Part shown: positions 37,587 to 47,814 of the stretch, in pieces
How positions within the stretch are numbered: position 1 is the first letter of the stretch
Layout: each line of letters opens with the position of its first letter
Source: a virus
Lineage: Duplodnaviria > Caudoviricetes
DNA: 58,856 nt
Direction: 5' to 3' (one strand)
IMG/VR virus record: IMGVR_UViG_3300033183_000442
Coordinates: 1-58,856 of that record
Position numbers and translations under genes: made by a program
The notes under the pieces: generated by a model
The model's database searches: none
What the model was told of the DNA's origin: nothing
The model's input: the letters and a program-made list of their open reading frames with translations, nothing else

Positions 37587-38489
37587 ATGCCTATAAACAC
37601 CAACACTTTTGAAAGTAATCTTACTACTAAGATTAACGCTACAAGTGGCACAACGGACGCAAAAGAGTTCCTGCTACTTGGCAAAGCAATCGAAGCCGTA
37701 ACACCTTCAGTCGTCGTACAGGACGTTATTGATGAAGGTACAACCCAAACTACAGCGGTTAACACAGCAGGTACAACGCAGGTTACAGCGGTCAACACTG
37801 CGGGAACAACGCAAGTCGGCCTAGTCCAGACTGAGGGCGCAACCCAAGTCGCAGCGGTACAGGCGGCAGGTGCGGGGTATGCACAGCTAACAGGAGCAAC
37901 CTTCACTGGCGGTATTTCAGGTACGACAGGTACGTTTTCAGGTGCGTTATCCGCAACAGACTTAACGCTTTCTGGTAACCTCACAGTTTCTGGAACAACC
38001 ACAACCATTAACACCGCTACACTGGATGTTGCAGACCTAAACATTACAATAGCAGACGGTGCGGCAAATGCGGCTGCAGCCAACGGCGCAGGTATTACGG
38101 TAGATGGTGCATCAGCAAACATCACCTACACATCTGCTACCGATACTTGGGACTTCAATAAGGCCATTACAGGCTCATACACAAACCTACATCCTGAGCT
38201 TACGACTACCTCTGCAGCAACAACGCAGACGATCAACATGAATGAGCCTATGCATCATACCACTATGACTGCAGCTACGGCCTTTTCTGGGATCAATATT
38301 GCAGCGGGTAAAACTTCAATGATGGTTCTGGATACGTCTGCAACGCCTCATACTCCGACTTGGAGTTCCGACATTAAGTGGCCCGATGCAACAGAACCTA
38401 CTTGGGCAGATTACCGTTACTGGATCGTATCAATGACTTGCTTAAACGGCACAACAATCTTGGCTTCGGCTCAGGGTTATACGGTATAA
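37587..38489 (+). CDS. distal tail fibre A
   Basis: GATFTG, TTTTIN, GAGIT; tandem GTTQ(T/V)TAVNTA repeats. Confidence 0.75.
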   Translation: MPINTNTFESNLTTKINATSGTTDAKEFLLLGKAIEAVTPSVVVQDVIDEGTTQTTAVNTAGTTQVTAVNTAGTTQVGLVQTEGATQVAAVQAAGAGYAQLTGATFTGGISGTTGTFSGALSATDLTLSGNLTVSGTTTTINTATLDVADLNITIADGAANAAAANGAGITVDGASANITYTSATDTWDFNKAITGSYTNLHPELTTTSAATTQTINMNEPMHHTTMTAATAFSGINIAAGKTSMMVLDTSATPHTPTWSSDIKWPDATEPTWADYRYWIVSMTCLNGTTILASAQGYTV

Positions 38490-38501
38490 GGGGGTAAGCT
38501 A

Positions 38502-39464
38502 ATGAGTTTACCAACAAACTTTTTTATAGGTAAGGGCGGCGGCGAAGAACCTCTCTTTGCTTTCACTACGCATACTTTTACCAATGCGGGTGCCAACTAT
38601 CAAACTGGCCCTTCACAGACGATGATTAACAACAATTACCCTGCAGTGATTTCCGCAAACACTGTAGTTACGAGCGGTATCCAAGCGTTTACTCTACCTT
38701 CTACGGGTACTTACGAAATGGTTGGTTATGGTGCGCACTGTCGAGATGGTTTGAGTAGAGGTGCGAGAATTGAAGCTCGGAGAAAATTCAACCAAGGTGA
38801 TGTGATAAAAATTCTTGTTGGGCAACAGGGAAATAAAAGTTCATATAACAATAGTGGTCATGGCGGGACATTTGTGTTTTTTAATGCTACTGACCAATAT
38901 CCTATCTTAGTAGCAGGTGGCGCAGGCGGGGCATCGCAGAACAATAACCCCACTGGTTCAGGCGCTACCTCTGAAAGTTGGGGGCAAATTACTGAACAGG
39001 GCGGCAAAGGACGTACTGGCTCATCTACTGGTTCATATTCGCAGAGCAGCCTCGGTACAGTTGGTCATGGCGGTGTTACTGGTTCAGACCCTAATTATAG
39101 AAGTGGTTCTGGTGGAGGGTGGCTGTCTAATGGTTCAGCAAACTCTCAAGGCTGTACTTATTCCAGTTCAATTCAAGGTGGGTTTGCCCCTAGAAATGGT
39201 GGTCAAGGCGGCTACGGTTCAAACGGAGGCGTCTATTATGGCGGTTTTGGCGGCGGTGGCGGTCTTAGTGGGGCTTGTGGATCGTCTGCCAACGGCGGTG
39301 GCGGTGGCTACACTGGTGGCGCAGGTGCAAATACTTGCTGTGACGGTCAGGGCGGGGGTGGCGGTAGTTTCACCGATAGCCTCTGTACTAACATTTCAAA
39401 GACACAGGTTAGAAGTACCCTCAACGGCGGGAATGGTTGGTTTACCCTAACCTATTTAGGATAA
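38502..39464 (+). CDS. glycine-rich adhesin A
   Basis: poly-Gly motifs, LVAGGAGG, GGFGGGG. Confidence 0.7.
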   Translation: MSLPTNFFIGKGGGEEPLFAFTTHTFTNAGANYQTGPSQTMINNNYPAVISANTVVTSGIQAFTLPSTGTYEMVGYGAHCRDGLSRGARIEARRKFNQGDVIKILVGQQGNKSSYNNSGHGGTFVFFNATDQYPILVAGGAGGASQNNNPTGSGATSESWGQITEQGGKGRTGSSTGSYSQSSLGTVGHGGVTGSDPNYRSGSGGGWLSNGSANSQGCTYSSSIQGGFAPRNGGQGGYGSNGGVYYGGFGGGGGLSGACGSSANGGGGGYTGGAGANTCCDGQGGGGGSFTDSLCTNISKTQVRSTLNGGNGWFTLTYLG

Positions 39465-39467
39465 GAT

Positions 39468-39656
39468 ATGTCCGCTCTACCAAGTATACCTGAGTTTTCT
39501 AAACAGCGTTTCGCAATCTGTAAGTCATGTGAACTATTTGGTTCTGTTACACAAATTTGCGGATCATGTGGATGCTTCATGCCAGCTAAAATACTAATCA
39601 AAGGTGTTAACTGCCCAGAAAATAAATGGGGTAAATACGAGGAACCCACACCATGA
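39468..39656 (+). CDS. small Cys-rich protein
   Basis: R..IC..C......C..CGCFM..K......CP..KW. Confidence 0.7.
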   Translation: MSALPSIPEFSKQRFAICKSCELFGSVTQICGSCGCFMPAKILIKGVNCPENKWGKYEEPTP

Positions 39657-39838
39657 GCAAAGCAAGACTATTAGCCGATCTCCTACGGGACGAAAAAATA
39701 TCCCTGGCAGAAGTCTCTGGGGAAGCATCATCATCAGACTTCAATGTTAACCAATCCGATTACAACACTTCTGACGTAAGCCTAAACCAAAAGGTGACGG
39801 CTCTTGAAGATGAAAATTTACTCAATTTAGGGGTCTAA
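39653..39838 (+). CDS. small tail-associated protein
   Basis: MSKAR.LADL start typical of fibre modules; ATGA overlap. Confidence 0.6.
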   Translation: MSKARLLADLLRDEKISLAEVSGEASSSDFNVNQSDYNTSDVSLNQKVTALEDENLLNLGV

Positions 39839-39841
39839 CCA

Positions 39842-40726
39842 ATGCCAACAACTAATACTAATTTCAGCACACTTATTAGTGCTATTGATACCAAAGCGCA
39901 GTCATTAGCTGCATCTACAACTGATCCAAAAGACTTGGTCTTCTTGGGCAAAACAGTTGAGGCTTTAAACGTAGCAGATACCGTTTCAGGCGTTATCGAT
40001 GAGGGCGACACTCAGGTAGCAAGGGTTACTGCCGAAGGTACTACACAGGTAGCCGCCGTTGCTGCACAAGGTGCTAACTATGCGCCTCTATCAGGTGCCA
40101 CATTCACAGGCGCAGTGACTATCCCTGATCTAACGGTCACAGGCACTACCACAACCATTAACTCTACAAACCTGAACGTAGCAGATGCTAACATCACTAT
40201 TGCTGATGGCGCAGCTACCAGTGCAGCGGCTGATGGTGCGGGTATTACTATTGAAGGTGCGGATGTTAACTTCCAGTATTCCGATACTGGTAAATACATG
40301 AGCCTGAATAAAACCCTTCAGCTTGATCAAGCGATTATGGAACGGGTGAAATACACCACTTCAGGTCAAAGCACAGTTAGTACTGATATTAACAATATTG
40401 GTACAGGCAGAGGTGCAATTGTTTTTGATTTAACAGATGCCACTGCAAACCGCACACTGAACATTAATATGGCAGGTACAGACACCATTGATAGTGTTAT
40501 GGCGCAGGGCGATGCCATGACCGTAGTGGTTGGTGTTAAAAATGGTGCTACCGCATACTACCTAAACGCATATCAAATTGAAGGAACCGCTGTTACTCCA
40601 CTTTGGCAGGGCGGCTCTGCACCTACAGGTGGTAATGCAAACAGCCATGACATCTACACATTCACTGTAATTAAACAAGCTACTAACCAGTTCCAAGTTT
40701 TGGCTTCAATGTCACAATTCGCATAA
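39842..40726 (+). CDS. distal tail fibre B (paralog of A)
   Basis: N-terminal half aligns with 37587-38489; C-terminal WQGGSAPT.G...D.YTFT.IK. Confidence 0.75.
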   Translation: MPTTNTNFSTLISAIDTKAQSLAASTTDPKDLVFLGKTVEALNVADTVSGVIDEGDTQVARVTAEGTTQVAAVAAQGANYAPLSGATFTGAVTIPDLTVTGTTTTINSTNLNVADANITIADGAATSAAADGAGITIEGADVNFQYSDTGKYMSLNKTLQLDQAIMERVKYTTSGQSTVSTDINNIGTGRGAIVFDLTDATANRTLNINMAGTDTIDSVMAQGDAMTVVVGVKNGATAYYLNAYQIEGTAVTPLWQGGSAPTGGNANSHDIYTFTVIKQATNQFQVLASMSQFA

Positions 40727-40741
40727 TAGGAGATCGACACA

Positions 40742-41770
40742 ATGAGTTTGATTATTCCTAAAAAACAACCTTTGTATGCGCCGATGTTAGGCACATTTGG
40801 CGGCGGGTCTGCTAGGGGATTTGGACAATTTGGTGGTGCTGCAGTTTTAGCAGGTGAGGTTATTCTTGAGGGCACTCAAAGTACAGCCAGCAGCACAGTG
40901 ACTAGCCGTAACTGGACAGTACCAGCGGGTGTCTCTTCCATCTCTATTGTTGCCGTAGGCGGCGGTGGTGCAGGTGCGGATCGGCATGATGGTATGGGCG
41001 GCGGTGGCGGTGGCCTAGCATGGTATAATGATGTACCCGTTAATGCGGGTGATACCCTCGTACTTAATGCAGGTGCGGGGGGTACTTGGGGTTCACTAAC
41101 TACTACCAGAAGCAACACTGATGGTGCATCTGGGGGTTCGAGTTACATTACCCTAACTAATGGCTCAAATATGTGCATTGGATATGGCGGCCCGGGGGGT
41201 AACCATAACACTTATTCTTCCACAAACCAATGGTACTCTGGTGGGCAATATGCAAATTCCGATGGTGGCGGTGAAGGCGGTCAGATACTGCGTAAGTCTG
41301 GTTCAAGGTCTGGCGGCAGTGGTGCAGGAGGCTATGCGGGTAATGGGGGCCGAGCAGGTGCGCAGCAATATGATACAAACTACTTCCCGCAACAGGGTCA
41401 AGGCGGTGCAGGTGGTGGAGGTAACGGCTCTAACGGTTCCAACCCACAATTTTGCTCTGGCGGCGGCGGTGTAGGTATCTACGGACAAGGAGCAAACGGT
41501 ACTGAGTCTCAGCTACAAAGTGGTAGCACAGTAAGTTCTGCACAGGGTGGCTCTGGTGGTGGTGCTTCATCTGTTAGTGGCGGTAACCACAGCTTTCCGA
41601 TGCCAAACGGTGGTAGTTACGGCGGCGGGGGCGGCGGTGCGCACAACGGCGACTACCCTGGAAATGGTACAAGGGGAGTAATTCGGGTAATTTGGGGGGA
41701 AGTTCCTAGACAATTCCCAAATACAAATGTGGATTTGGCAAACTCATTTGATAACGTCACTTACCTCTAA
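40742..41770 (+). CDS. glycine-rich adhesin B
   Basis: WTVPAGVSSISIVAVGGGG...G..G.IRVIWG. Confidence 0.7.
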   Translation: MSLIIPKKQPLYAPMLGTFGGGSARGFGQFGGAAVLAGEVILEGTQSTASSTVTSRNWTVPAGVSSISIVAVGGGGAGADRHDGMGGGGGGLAWYNDVPVNAGDTLVLNAGAGGTWGSLTTTRSNTDGASGGSSYITLTNGSNMCIGYGGPGGNHNTYSSTNQWYSGGQYANSDGGGEGGQILRKSGSRSGGSGAGGYAGNGGRAGAQQYDTNYFPQQGQGGAGGGGNGSNGSNPQFCSGGGGVGIYGQGANGTESQLQSGSTVSSAQGGSGGGASSVSGGNHSFPMPNGGSYGGGGGGAHNGDYPGNGTRGVIRVIWGEVPRQFPNTNVDLANSFDNVTYL

Positions 41771-41839
41771 AACCTCTTGCAACCTAACCGCATAAGTGCT
41801 ATACTCTAAATCACAATTTTTCAACAAATTTAGGTACTT

Positions 41840-42295
41840 ATGACAGAAGAAACCTCTGAGTTTCGGTCTGTTCTATTACCCTCGAAAGAAGTTCTAAGGC
41901 TTTGGCCTACACTGGAACCAGAAATCACTAAAGCCTTAGAACATGGTATAGATGAACTGACCGCTTTCGATGTCTGCAGACAAGCCCTCGACAACAAAAT
42001 CCAAGTTTGGGCAACCATCGATAGAGACAACAAAATAGTCTGCACCACTACAACCCGCATACTGCCATACGAAAGCACAAAGGTGCTGCAGATCATTACC
42101 TGCACAGGCAGCGGAAGACAGTGGAAAGAATTTTACGAACAGCACAGGGCCGTAGAAGATTTCGCAAAGGCTAATGGCTGTTCAAGCGTACAGGTTTGGG
42201 GCCGCAAAGGTTGGCAGCGTAACCTGAAAAAACTCACAAGTAGATCAGGTCACAAATACGAAACCCTCTACTACGTTTTCAATATGGAGATTTAA
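41840..42295 (+). CDS. GNAT-like virion-module protein
   Basis: FAKANGC......GRKGW motif. Confidence 0.55.
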   Translation: MTEETSEFRSVLLPSKEVLRLWPTLEPEITKALEHGIDELTAFDVCRQALDNKIQVWATIDRDNKIVCTTTTRILPYESTKVLQIITCTGSGRQWKEFYEQHRAVEDFAKANGCSSVQVWGRKGWQRNLKKLTSRSGHKYETLYYVFNMEI

Positions 42296-43753
42296 ATGAA
42301 GACCTTAGACCCAATTGGCCTATTTCGGTATCTAAATCCTAGAGCCAGTGGGCTTATCGTTTTTAAAGGCGGCGGCGGCGGTGCTTCTGCAGAGCAAGTG
42401 GACGAAAGTGTGGCTGCAGGTACAGCGGCGGTAAATGAAAATACCAATGCGAGAGCGGCAGAAGCTGCAGTGGTTGGCGAAGAGATTAAATCCAACCAAG
42501 GCACCATGATGGATAATCAGGCAGGGCTTAAATCAGGTCAGGCTGATATTCGCAGAGACATTGCCAACATCCCACAGACAACGGTTGTTTCGCAGACAGT
42601 CGATACATCTGGTATTGAGAACCGTATTGGTAGCCTTGAAGGTACTACAGATCGGGGATTTGCAGATGTAGGTGGTCGCTTGGATACAGTGAACAGCACA
42701 CTTGGTGATGTACAAGGTTCTGTTGATACAGGCTTTGCAAGCATGAACCAGAACTTCAATGATATTACTGAGGGTCAGACAGGCATCCAGAATACCCTGA
42801 CAGACGTTGCAGGTAACATGACTGAACGCTTCGATACTGTAGACAACACACTGGATACAGGCTTCACAGGCGTTAATGAGAACATCAATACGCAGTTTGA
42901 TACTCAGAACCAAAACCTAACAGATATGTCTGCTAACATTCTTGGCGGTCAAACCAGTTTGCAGGAATATTTGGAAGGGATGTCTGGCCGAGCGGATACT
43001 TATTATGGCGGTCTGGCAGAGAGCCAAGCGAACTTACAAAACAACCTATCTGGGCTTCAAAGCGGCTTTACCGATTTCCGAGATGCCTACGACACCAACA
43101 CCACTCTAGCGAACCAAACCAGAGCGGAGTTGATGGATACGGTTTCAGGTGGGTTTAATAAGGTTCGAGGCGCAATTGCTGACAACTTCCAAGACACCCG
43201 CAGCGACATCAATCAGGTGTCAGCGCAGGTGGATAATGTTCAAAACCGCCAAGCAAACTTGAACCAAACACAGACCCAAGATTTCACAAACACACTTCGG
43301 GATTTGGCTTCTGGTCTTGAGGCAACAACTAGAGATCAGGCTGCATCCCAGAATGATGTTTTGAACCGTTTGGACACTGTGAAACAGGTACTTGCGGCAC
43401 AAGGCGAAAACATCCCTGAAGACATTAGAGCGCAATACACAGCGTTGGCAATGTCCTTCGATCAAAATGGTCGTCTGATCAGGGAAAGTGTTGATGACCA
43501 AGGTGTCATTACCCGCCGAGCCATGGATGACCAGAGCAACGTTTTGATGGCTCAGTTCAATCAGCAGGGCAATATGCTTGGTCAATCTATGATCAACGTA
43601 AACAGCCTGCTCAGACAGATGGATAACTTTGGTTACACAGGAACAGGCGCACAGCCTGGCTCACTTGCTCCACAGCAATTGGCGAACCGCAGAGCTGCGA
43701 TTGAAAGCGGCTTGATGGAACGCCAAGACCCATATTTCAACACATTCGCTTAA
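42296..43753 (+). CDS. internal virion (ejection) protein, coiled coil
   Basis: FKGGGGG start; 11-residue periodic repeats. Confidence 0.65.
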   Translation: MKTLDPIGLFRYLNPRASGLIVFKGGGGGASAEQVDESVAAGTAAVNENTNARAAEAAVVGEEIKSNQGTMMDNQAGLKSGQADIRRDIANIPQTTVVSQTVDTSGIENRIGSLEGTTDRGFADVGGRLDTVNSTLGDVQGSVDTGFASMNQNFNDITEGQTGIQNTLTDVAGNMTERFDTVDNTLDTGFTGVNENINTQFDTQNQNLTDMSANILGGQTSLQEYLEGMSGRADTYYGGLAESQANLQNNLSGLQSGFTDFRDAYDTNTTLANQTRAELMDTVSGGFNKVRGAIADNFQDTRSDINQVSAQVDNVQNRQANLNQTQTQDFTNTLRDLASGLEATTRDQAASQNDVLNRLDTVKQVLAAQGENIPEDIRAQYTALAMSFDQNGRLIRESVDDQGVITRRAMDDQSNVLMAQFNQQGNMLGQSMINVNSLLRQMDNFGYTGTGAQPGSLAPQQLANRRAAIESGLMERQDPYFNTFA

Positions 43754-44208
43754 TTAAACAAAATATCTGGCGTTAATTCACAATAACCTTTTGATTTCTT
43801 CGTTGTATCGTCTGCAGGCCATTTAGTTATTCCAATTGCCTGAATTAGCCCATCCTTGGTCGATACTGAACGCAATTCCCAAATTTCTAAATCATCTACA
43901 TATTTAGAAAAGTATGTCGCTGTTTGGAAATCCATGGTCATCAAAGTAAGTGGATACATTTTTCTGACCCCAGATGACTGGTTCAAGTAGAATCCCGGTG
44001 AATTTCTCAAATCTAAATAAGCTGGATAAAATTCATAAAACGACCCGGGATATTCCAATGTGCAAACATAAAGCCTTGTGTCAGAAAAATCAAAAATCGC
44101 AGTTCCGTTTTTTTCAGCAGACGCAGAAATAGCAAAAATTGAAAGCACAAAAGCGAGTAAATTTTTCACAACAAAATCTCCAACCAACAGGATCAGTATG
44201 CATCCCAA
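43750..44208 (-). CDS. exported hypothetical protein (antisense moron; true start probably downstream)
   Basis: signal-peptide-like KNLLAFVLSIFAISASA; low GC. Confidence 0.55.
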   Translation of the reverse strand: MGCILILLVGDFVVKNLLAFVLSIFAISASAEKNGTAIFDFSDTRLYVCTLEYPGSFYEFYPAYLDLRNSPGFYLNQSSGVRKMYPLTLMTMDFQTATYFSKYVDDLEIWELRSVSTKDGLIQAIGITKWPADDTTKKSKGYCELTPDILFN

Positions 44209-44932
44209 ATCAACAAGTGATCAAGGAATAAACCTTATCAAAAAATTTGAGGGCCTGGCCAAAGTCAATACTGATGGCATGGTCGTCCCATATCGTTGCA
44301 GCGCAAATGTTCTAACAATCGGCTACGGTCACACCAAAGGTGTTAAAAAGAACATGCGGATCACAAAGGAAGAGGCTGAAGGGTTTCTTCGATTGGATCT
44401 GAAAGACTCCGAAGCTGCAGTCAAAAACCTAGTCACTGTACCTCTAACGCAGAACCAGTTCGACGGTTTGGTTTCATTTGTATTCAATCTCGGGCAGGGT
44501 GCCTTTGCCAGCTCAACCTTGTTGAAGAAACTGAACGCTGGGGATTATGCAGCAGTACCTGCGCAATTGATGCGCTGGAATAAGGCTCGGGTAGGTGGGG
44601 TGTTGAAACCCCTCAACGGTTTAACCCGCCGCAGATCCGCTGAAGCAACATTGTTCACCTTAGACGCAACACTGCCATCGGATGATCCTGATGTCCCAAT
44701 GCCACAAAAGCCTGCGGTCATGGATAAAAAGCCGTTGGCTAAATCCCGCACTATGGCTGGGGTTGGTATTGCCGGAGCAGCGACTGCACTGAATGAAACA
44801 GCAGGGCAGCTACAGGGTCTTGTGGGCTACGCTGACAGCCTGAAAACAGTATTCCTGATCTGTGCGCTGGGAGGCATCGCCTTGGCTGCATACGCCCGTT
44901 ACAGCGACCAGAAAGACGGTGTCGATGTTTAA
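44198..44932 (+). CDS. endolysin (GH24 lysozyme) with hydrophobic C-terminal extension
   Basis: IKKFEG, TIGYGHT, QNQFDGLVSF.FN.G, GL.RRR.AE; start at ATG 44198. Confidence 0.9.
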   Translation: MHPKSTSDQGINLIKKFEGLAKVNTDGMVVPYRCSANVLTIGYGHTKGVKKNMRITKEEAEGFLRLDLKDSEAAVKNLVTVPLTQNQFDGLVSFVFNLGQGAFASSTLLKKLNAGDYAAVPAQLMRWNKARVGGVLKPLNGLTRRRSAEATLFTLDATLPSDDPDVPMPQKPAVMDKKPLAKSRTMAGVGIAGAATALNETAGQLQGLVGYADSLKTVFLICALGGIALAAYARYSDQKDGVDV

Positions 44933-45170
44933 CATCTTCGGCAAAATTAAAGACGGGATTATCGCCACCTTAATACTGGCTATTCCCATTATTTATGTTT
45001 TCGGCAGAGCCAAAGGCAAAGCTGCTGAAAAACACAAAGTTCTGAAAGACGAACTTGAGGCCCAGAACAAGGCCACAGATTTTTACAAAGCGATGGCTGA
45101 ACATGAAGACGATCATAATGTCGATAGTCGCAGCGGTCTCACTGACAGGTTGCGCAGGGACGGTCTATAG
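44925..45170 (+). CDS. putative inner-membrane spanin
   Basis: N-terminal TM helix plus coiled coil; overlaps a lipoprotein gene. Confidence 0.65.
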   Translation: MFNIFGKIKDGIIATLILAIPIIYVFGRAKGKAAEKHKVLKDELEAQNKATDFYKAMAEHEDDHNVDSRSGLTDRLRRDGL

Positions 45171-45351
45171 GACCAATCTGCAGGTCTACTGCCCCCCAAT
45201 CCAAAACTATTCCCAAGAACATAATAACGACCTGGCTGATGAGTTGGATGCGTTGCCTGACGGGTACTACGCAATTCCATCTACAATCGCAGATTACGCA
45301 AAGTTGCGAGATCGGATTAGGGCCTGCGAAAATGAAAAGGACAAAATCTGA
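45103..45351 (+). CDS. putative outer-membrane spanin lipoprotein
   Basis: lipobox LTGC; CPP motif. Confidence 0.7.
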   Translation: MKTIIMSIVAAVSLTGCAGTVYRTNLQVYCPPIQNYSQEHNNDLADELDALPDGYYAIPSTIADYAKLRDRIRACENEKDKI

Positions 45352-47645
45352 TGGCGAATACCTGGCAACAAGATTTGGCAAATTCCCTGACGAAAAACGA
45401 TGGGAAAAGCTATGTGGATGGCGTTCTTACGGATGACAAAACTGGTCAGGCGATAGACGACAGCAGTGCTGTTGTTGGCAAGGATGGAAGTGTTTTTACT
45501 TCTAATGACGATAATTCCAACAACGTTTCTAACACCGTAACCAATATCAAAAACAAAGTCACAAATGTAGCGACTGGCATCAAGAATGACCTAGCGATGG
45601 GTTACGACAAACTGATGCTGTCCGATGAGGAATTTGTCAATAAATACGGTGCTGATGTTGTTGCTGACTTTGATAGCCGCACCAAAGTCACACAAAAGGT
45701 GAATGAAAATAAAACTTACACTGCATTAGAGCTGGAACAACTGTTTGGTTTTACGCCAGCCGAGATTGAATCCTATAATCAGAAGTTGGCGATGAAGGAA
45801 GCTGGCATTGATCCAAATGATGATAACTCATCTGGAACAGGCACAGGTACAGATGGAGCAGGCACAGGTACTGATGACGGTACAGCCGTAGACGAAGGTC
45901 CATCACCTCTGTCTGCCGATAGCATTCTGGAGATGGCTGAGAAGGCTGGTCTTATTGCGTCTAACGAAGATGTTGCGGCACTTGTTGCTGACCCTAAAGG
46001 GTTCATCGAAGCAAGAGGTGGTAATCTATCACAACTCGCACAAACACTGCAGCTCGACCCAAATACGGCAGGTGCGCTGCTCGATCCAAACAACCCCAAC
46101 TATTTGCTTAAAGGCAATCTAAGTTACACACCGACAACGGTGTCAGGGACACAGGTTTCAACAGCACCAACCAATGTTGGTCCAGCAACGTATGAAACTG
46201 CAACGATTACAGATCGTTTGGGTAACCCACAGTACAATGTTGATCCGGTTACGGGAGAGATCCGTTCCGAGAACCTCGTTGATGCGGATGCAATCCAGAC
46301 CGACATGCAGGGTGCCGCCACAGGCTTCAATGCGGATGGTTCGGTTAATCAGGTAGGCCAAGCACTCAACGATTATGTCACACAAAACTTCAGCCAAATC
46401 ATCGACACAAATACCGTAGCAGGCAAACTGCTGGCGCAGGAGTTGGGCGAGGGGAATTACACCGACAGTAAGGCCACAATCCTTGGTCAGATGGAGATTA
46501 TCTCAGAGCAATTTGTGGACGCTGCTGGGAACCCTAAAATACCCTCATGGGCGCAGGGAACGGCTCGGAATGTATCCCGCACAATCGCATTTAAGGGCAT
46601 GACTGGGACGGCTGCTACAGCGGCTATGGCAACAGCGATTATGGAAGCGTCATTGGGCGTTGCGGAAAAGGAGGCAACCTTTTTCCAAACACTGACGACC
46701 AAAAACCTTGATAACCGACAGGCGGCGATCATCAACAAAGCCAACGTTTTGGCGAACTTGGAAATGGCTAATCTGGATGCTCGGGAAACGGCAGCGGTCA
46801 CAAACGCTAAAGCCTTCCTGCAGATGGATTTGACCAATCTGACGAACGAGCAGCAAGCTGAGGTCATAAACACCCAGTCAAAGGTGCAGGCACTGTTTGA
46901 GGATACGGGCGCAACCAATGCACAGCGTCTATTCACTGCCGAAAACCAAAATGATTTCACAAAGTTTTATGATCAGATTTCAGTGCAGGTTCAGCAGTTC
47001 AATGCAGAGCAGATGAACTTGATGAAAAAGTTCAATGCGGGTGAGATCAATGATGCTGCTGAATTCAATGCTGCGATGGAAGACAGTCGCCAGAAATTCT
47101 ACAGCGAGATGCAATTCCAGATCGACACTGCAAACGCAAAGTGGCGTCAGACAGTTGCAACTGCCAATACACAGATGTTGTTTGAAGCTGCAGCGGCTGA
47201 TGTGCGCAACATTCTCGACATTTCCCAAGAAGGCTTGAACCGGACATGGGACCGAGCAGATGCCATGATGGATTACATCTTCAAGGGCAGTGTTGCTGAA
47301 GAAGAATTTGAACTGAAACTTCTGCTAGGTCAGTTGAATGCACAAGCTGCATCAACAGGTGGTGGTGGAGGCAGCTTTGTCCAAGACCTAATCAAGATGG
47401 GTGTTACGAAATGGCTATTTTCAGATGAGCGTCTAAAGGATGACATCACATTCTATGAAGAGCTGAACGGCATCAATTTCTACACTTGGACTTGGAACGA
47501 AGAAGCCAAACGCATTGGCGCAGATAAATATCCTGCGTTCGGTGTGATTGCGCAGGAAGTTATGAAAACCCGCCCAGATGCGGTGGACGAAGGTCCATAT
47601 GGCTACCTGCAGGTAAATTACGGGAAATTAAAAAATGAAGTTTGA
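45351..47645 (+). CDS. internal virion protein with C-terminal S74 chaperone-like domain
   Basis: Q/N/A-rich helical core; FSDERLK...Y...W...GVIAQEV....PDAV.......VNYG. Confidence 0.75.
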   Translation: MANTWQQDLANSLTKNDGKSYVDGVLTDDKTGQAIDDSSAVVGKDGSVFTSNDDNSNNVSNTVTNIKNKVTNVATGIKNDLAMGYDKLMLSDEEFVNKYGADVVADFDSRTKVTQKVNENKTYTALELEQLFGFTPAEIESYNQKLAMKEAGIDPNDDNSSGTGTGTDGAGTGTDDGTAVDEGPSPLSADSILEMAEKAGLIASNEDVAALVADPKGFIEARGGNLSQLAQTLQLDPNTAGALLDPNNPNYLLKGNLSYTPTTVSGTQVSTAPTNVGPATYETATITDRLGNPQYNVDPVTGEIRSENLVDADAIQTDMQGAATGFNADGSVNQVGQALNDYVTQNFSQIIDTNTVAGKLLAQELGEGNYTDSKATILGQMEIISEQFVDAAGNPKIPSWAQGTARNVSRTIAFKGMTGTAATAAMATAIMEASLGVAEKEATFFQTLTTKNLDNRQAAIINKANVLANLEMANLDARETAAVTNAKAFLQMDLTNLTNEQQAEVINTQSKVQALFEDTGATNAQRLFTAENQNDFTKFYDQISVQVQQFNAEQMNLMKKFNAGEINDAAEFNAAMEDSRQKFYSEMQFQIDTANAKWRQTVATANTQMLFEAAAADVRNILDISQEGLNRTWDRADAMMDYIFKGSVAEEEFELKLLLGQLNAQAASTGGGGGSFVQDLIKMGVTKWLFSDERLKDDITFYEELNGINFYTWTWNEEAKRIGADKYPAFGVIAQEVMKTRPDAVDEGPYGYLQVNYGKLKNEV

Positions 47646-47814
47646 TGACGCTGTTAAGCGGTCAATCAAAGCATTCCTGGACGGACGACTACCGACTGCT
47701 TTGATTGAGGCGCAGGGGAAGGACCTGATCTACACCCCTGAATACCTCGATGAGTTAGAAGCCTCATTTGCCGAAGAACCAGACATGGAGGACGCAGATG
47801 GAACTTCTGTTTGA
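47635..47814 (+). CDS. 59-aa hypothetical protein (below the ORF-track cutoff)
   Basis: MKFDDAVKRSIKAFLDG...; overlaps both neighbours. Confidence 0.6.
   Translation: MKFDDAVKRSIKAFLDGRLPTALIEAQGKDLIYTPEYLDELEASFAEEPDMEDADGTSV

Noticed and set aside
35482-41770. Diversity-generating retroelement or invertible tail cassette
   Set aside because: No reverse transcriptase, no near-identical TR/VR pair seen, and both cassettes are co-oriented with no evident inverted crossover sites.
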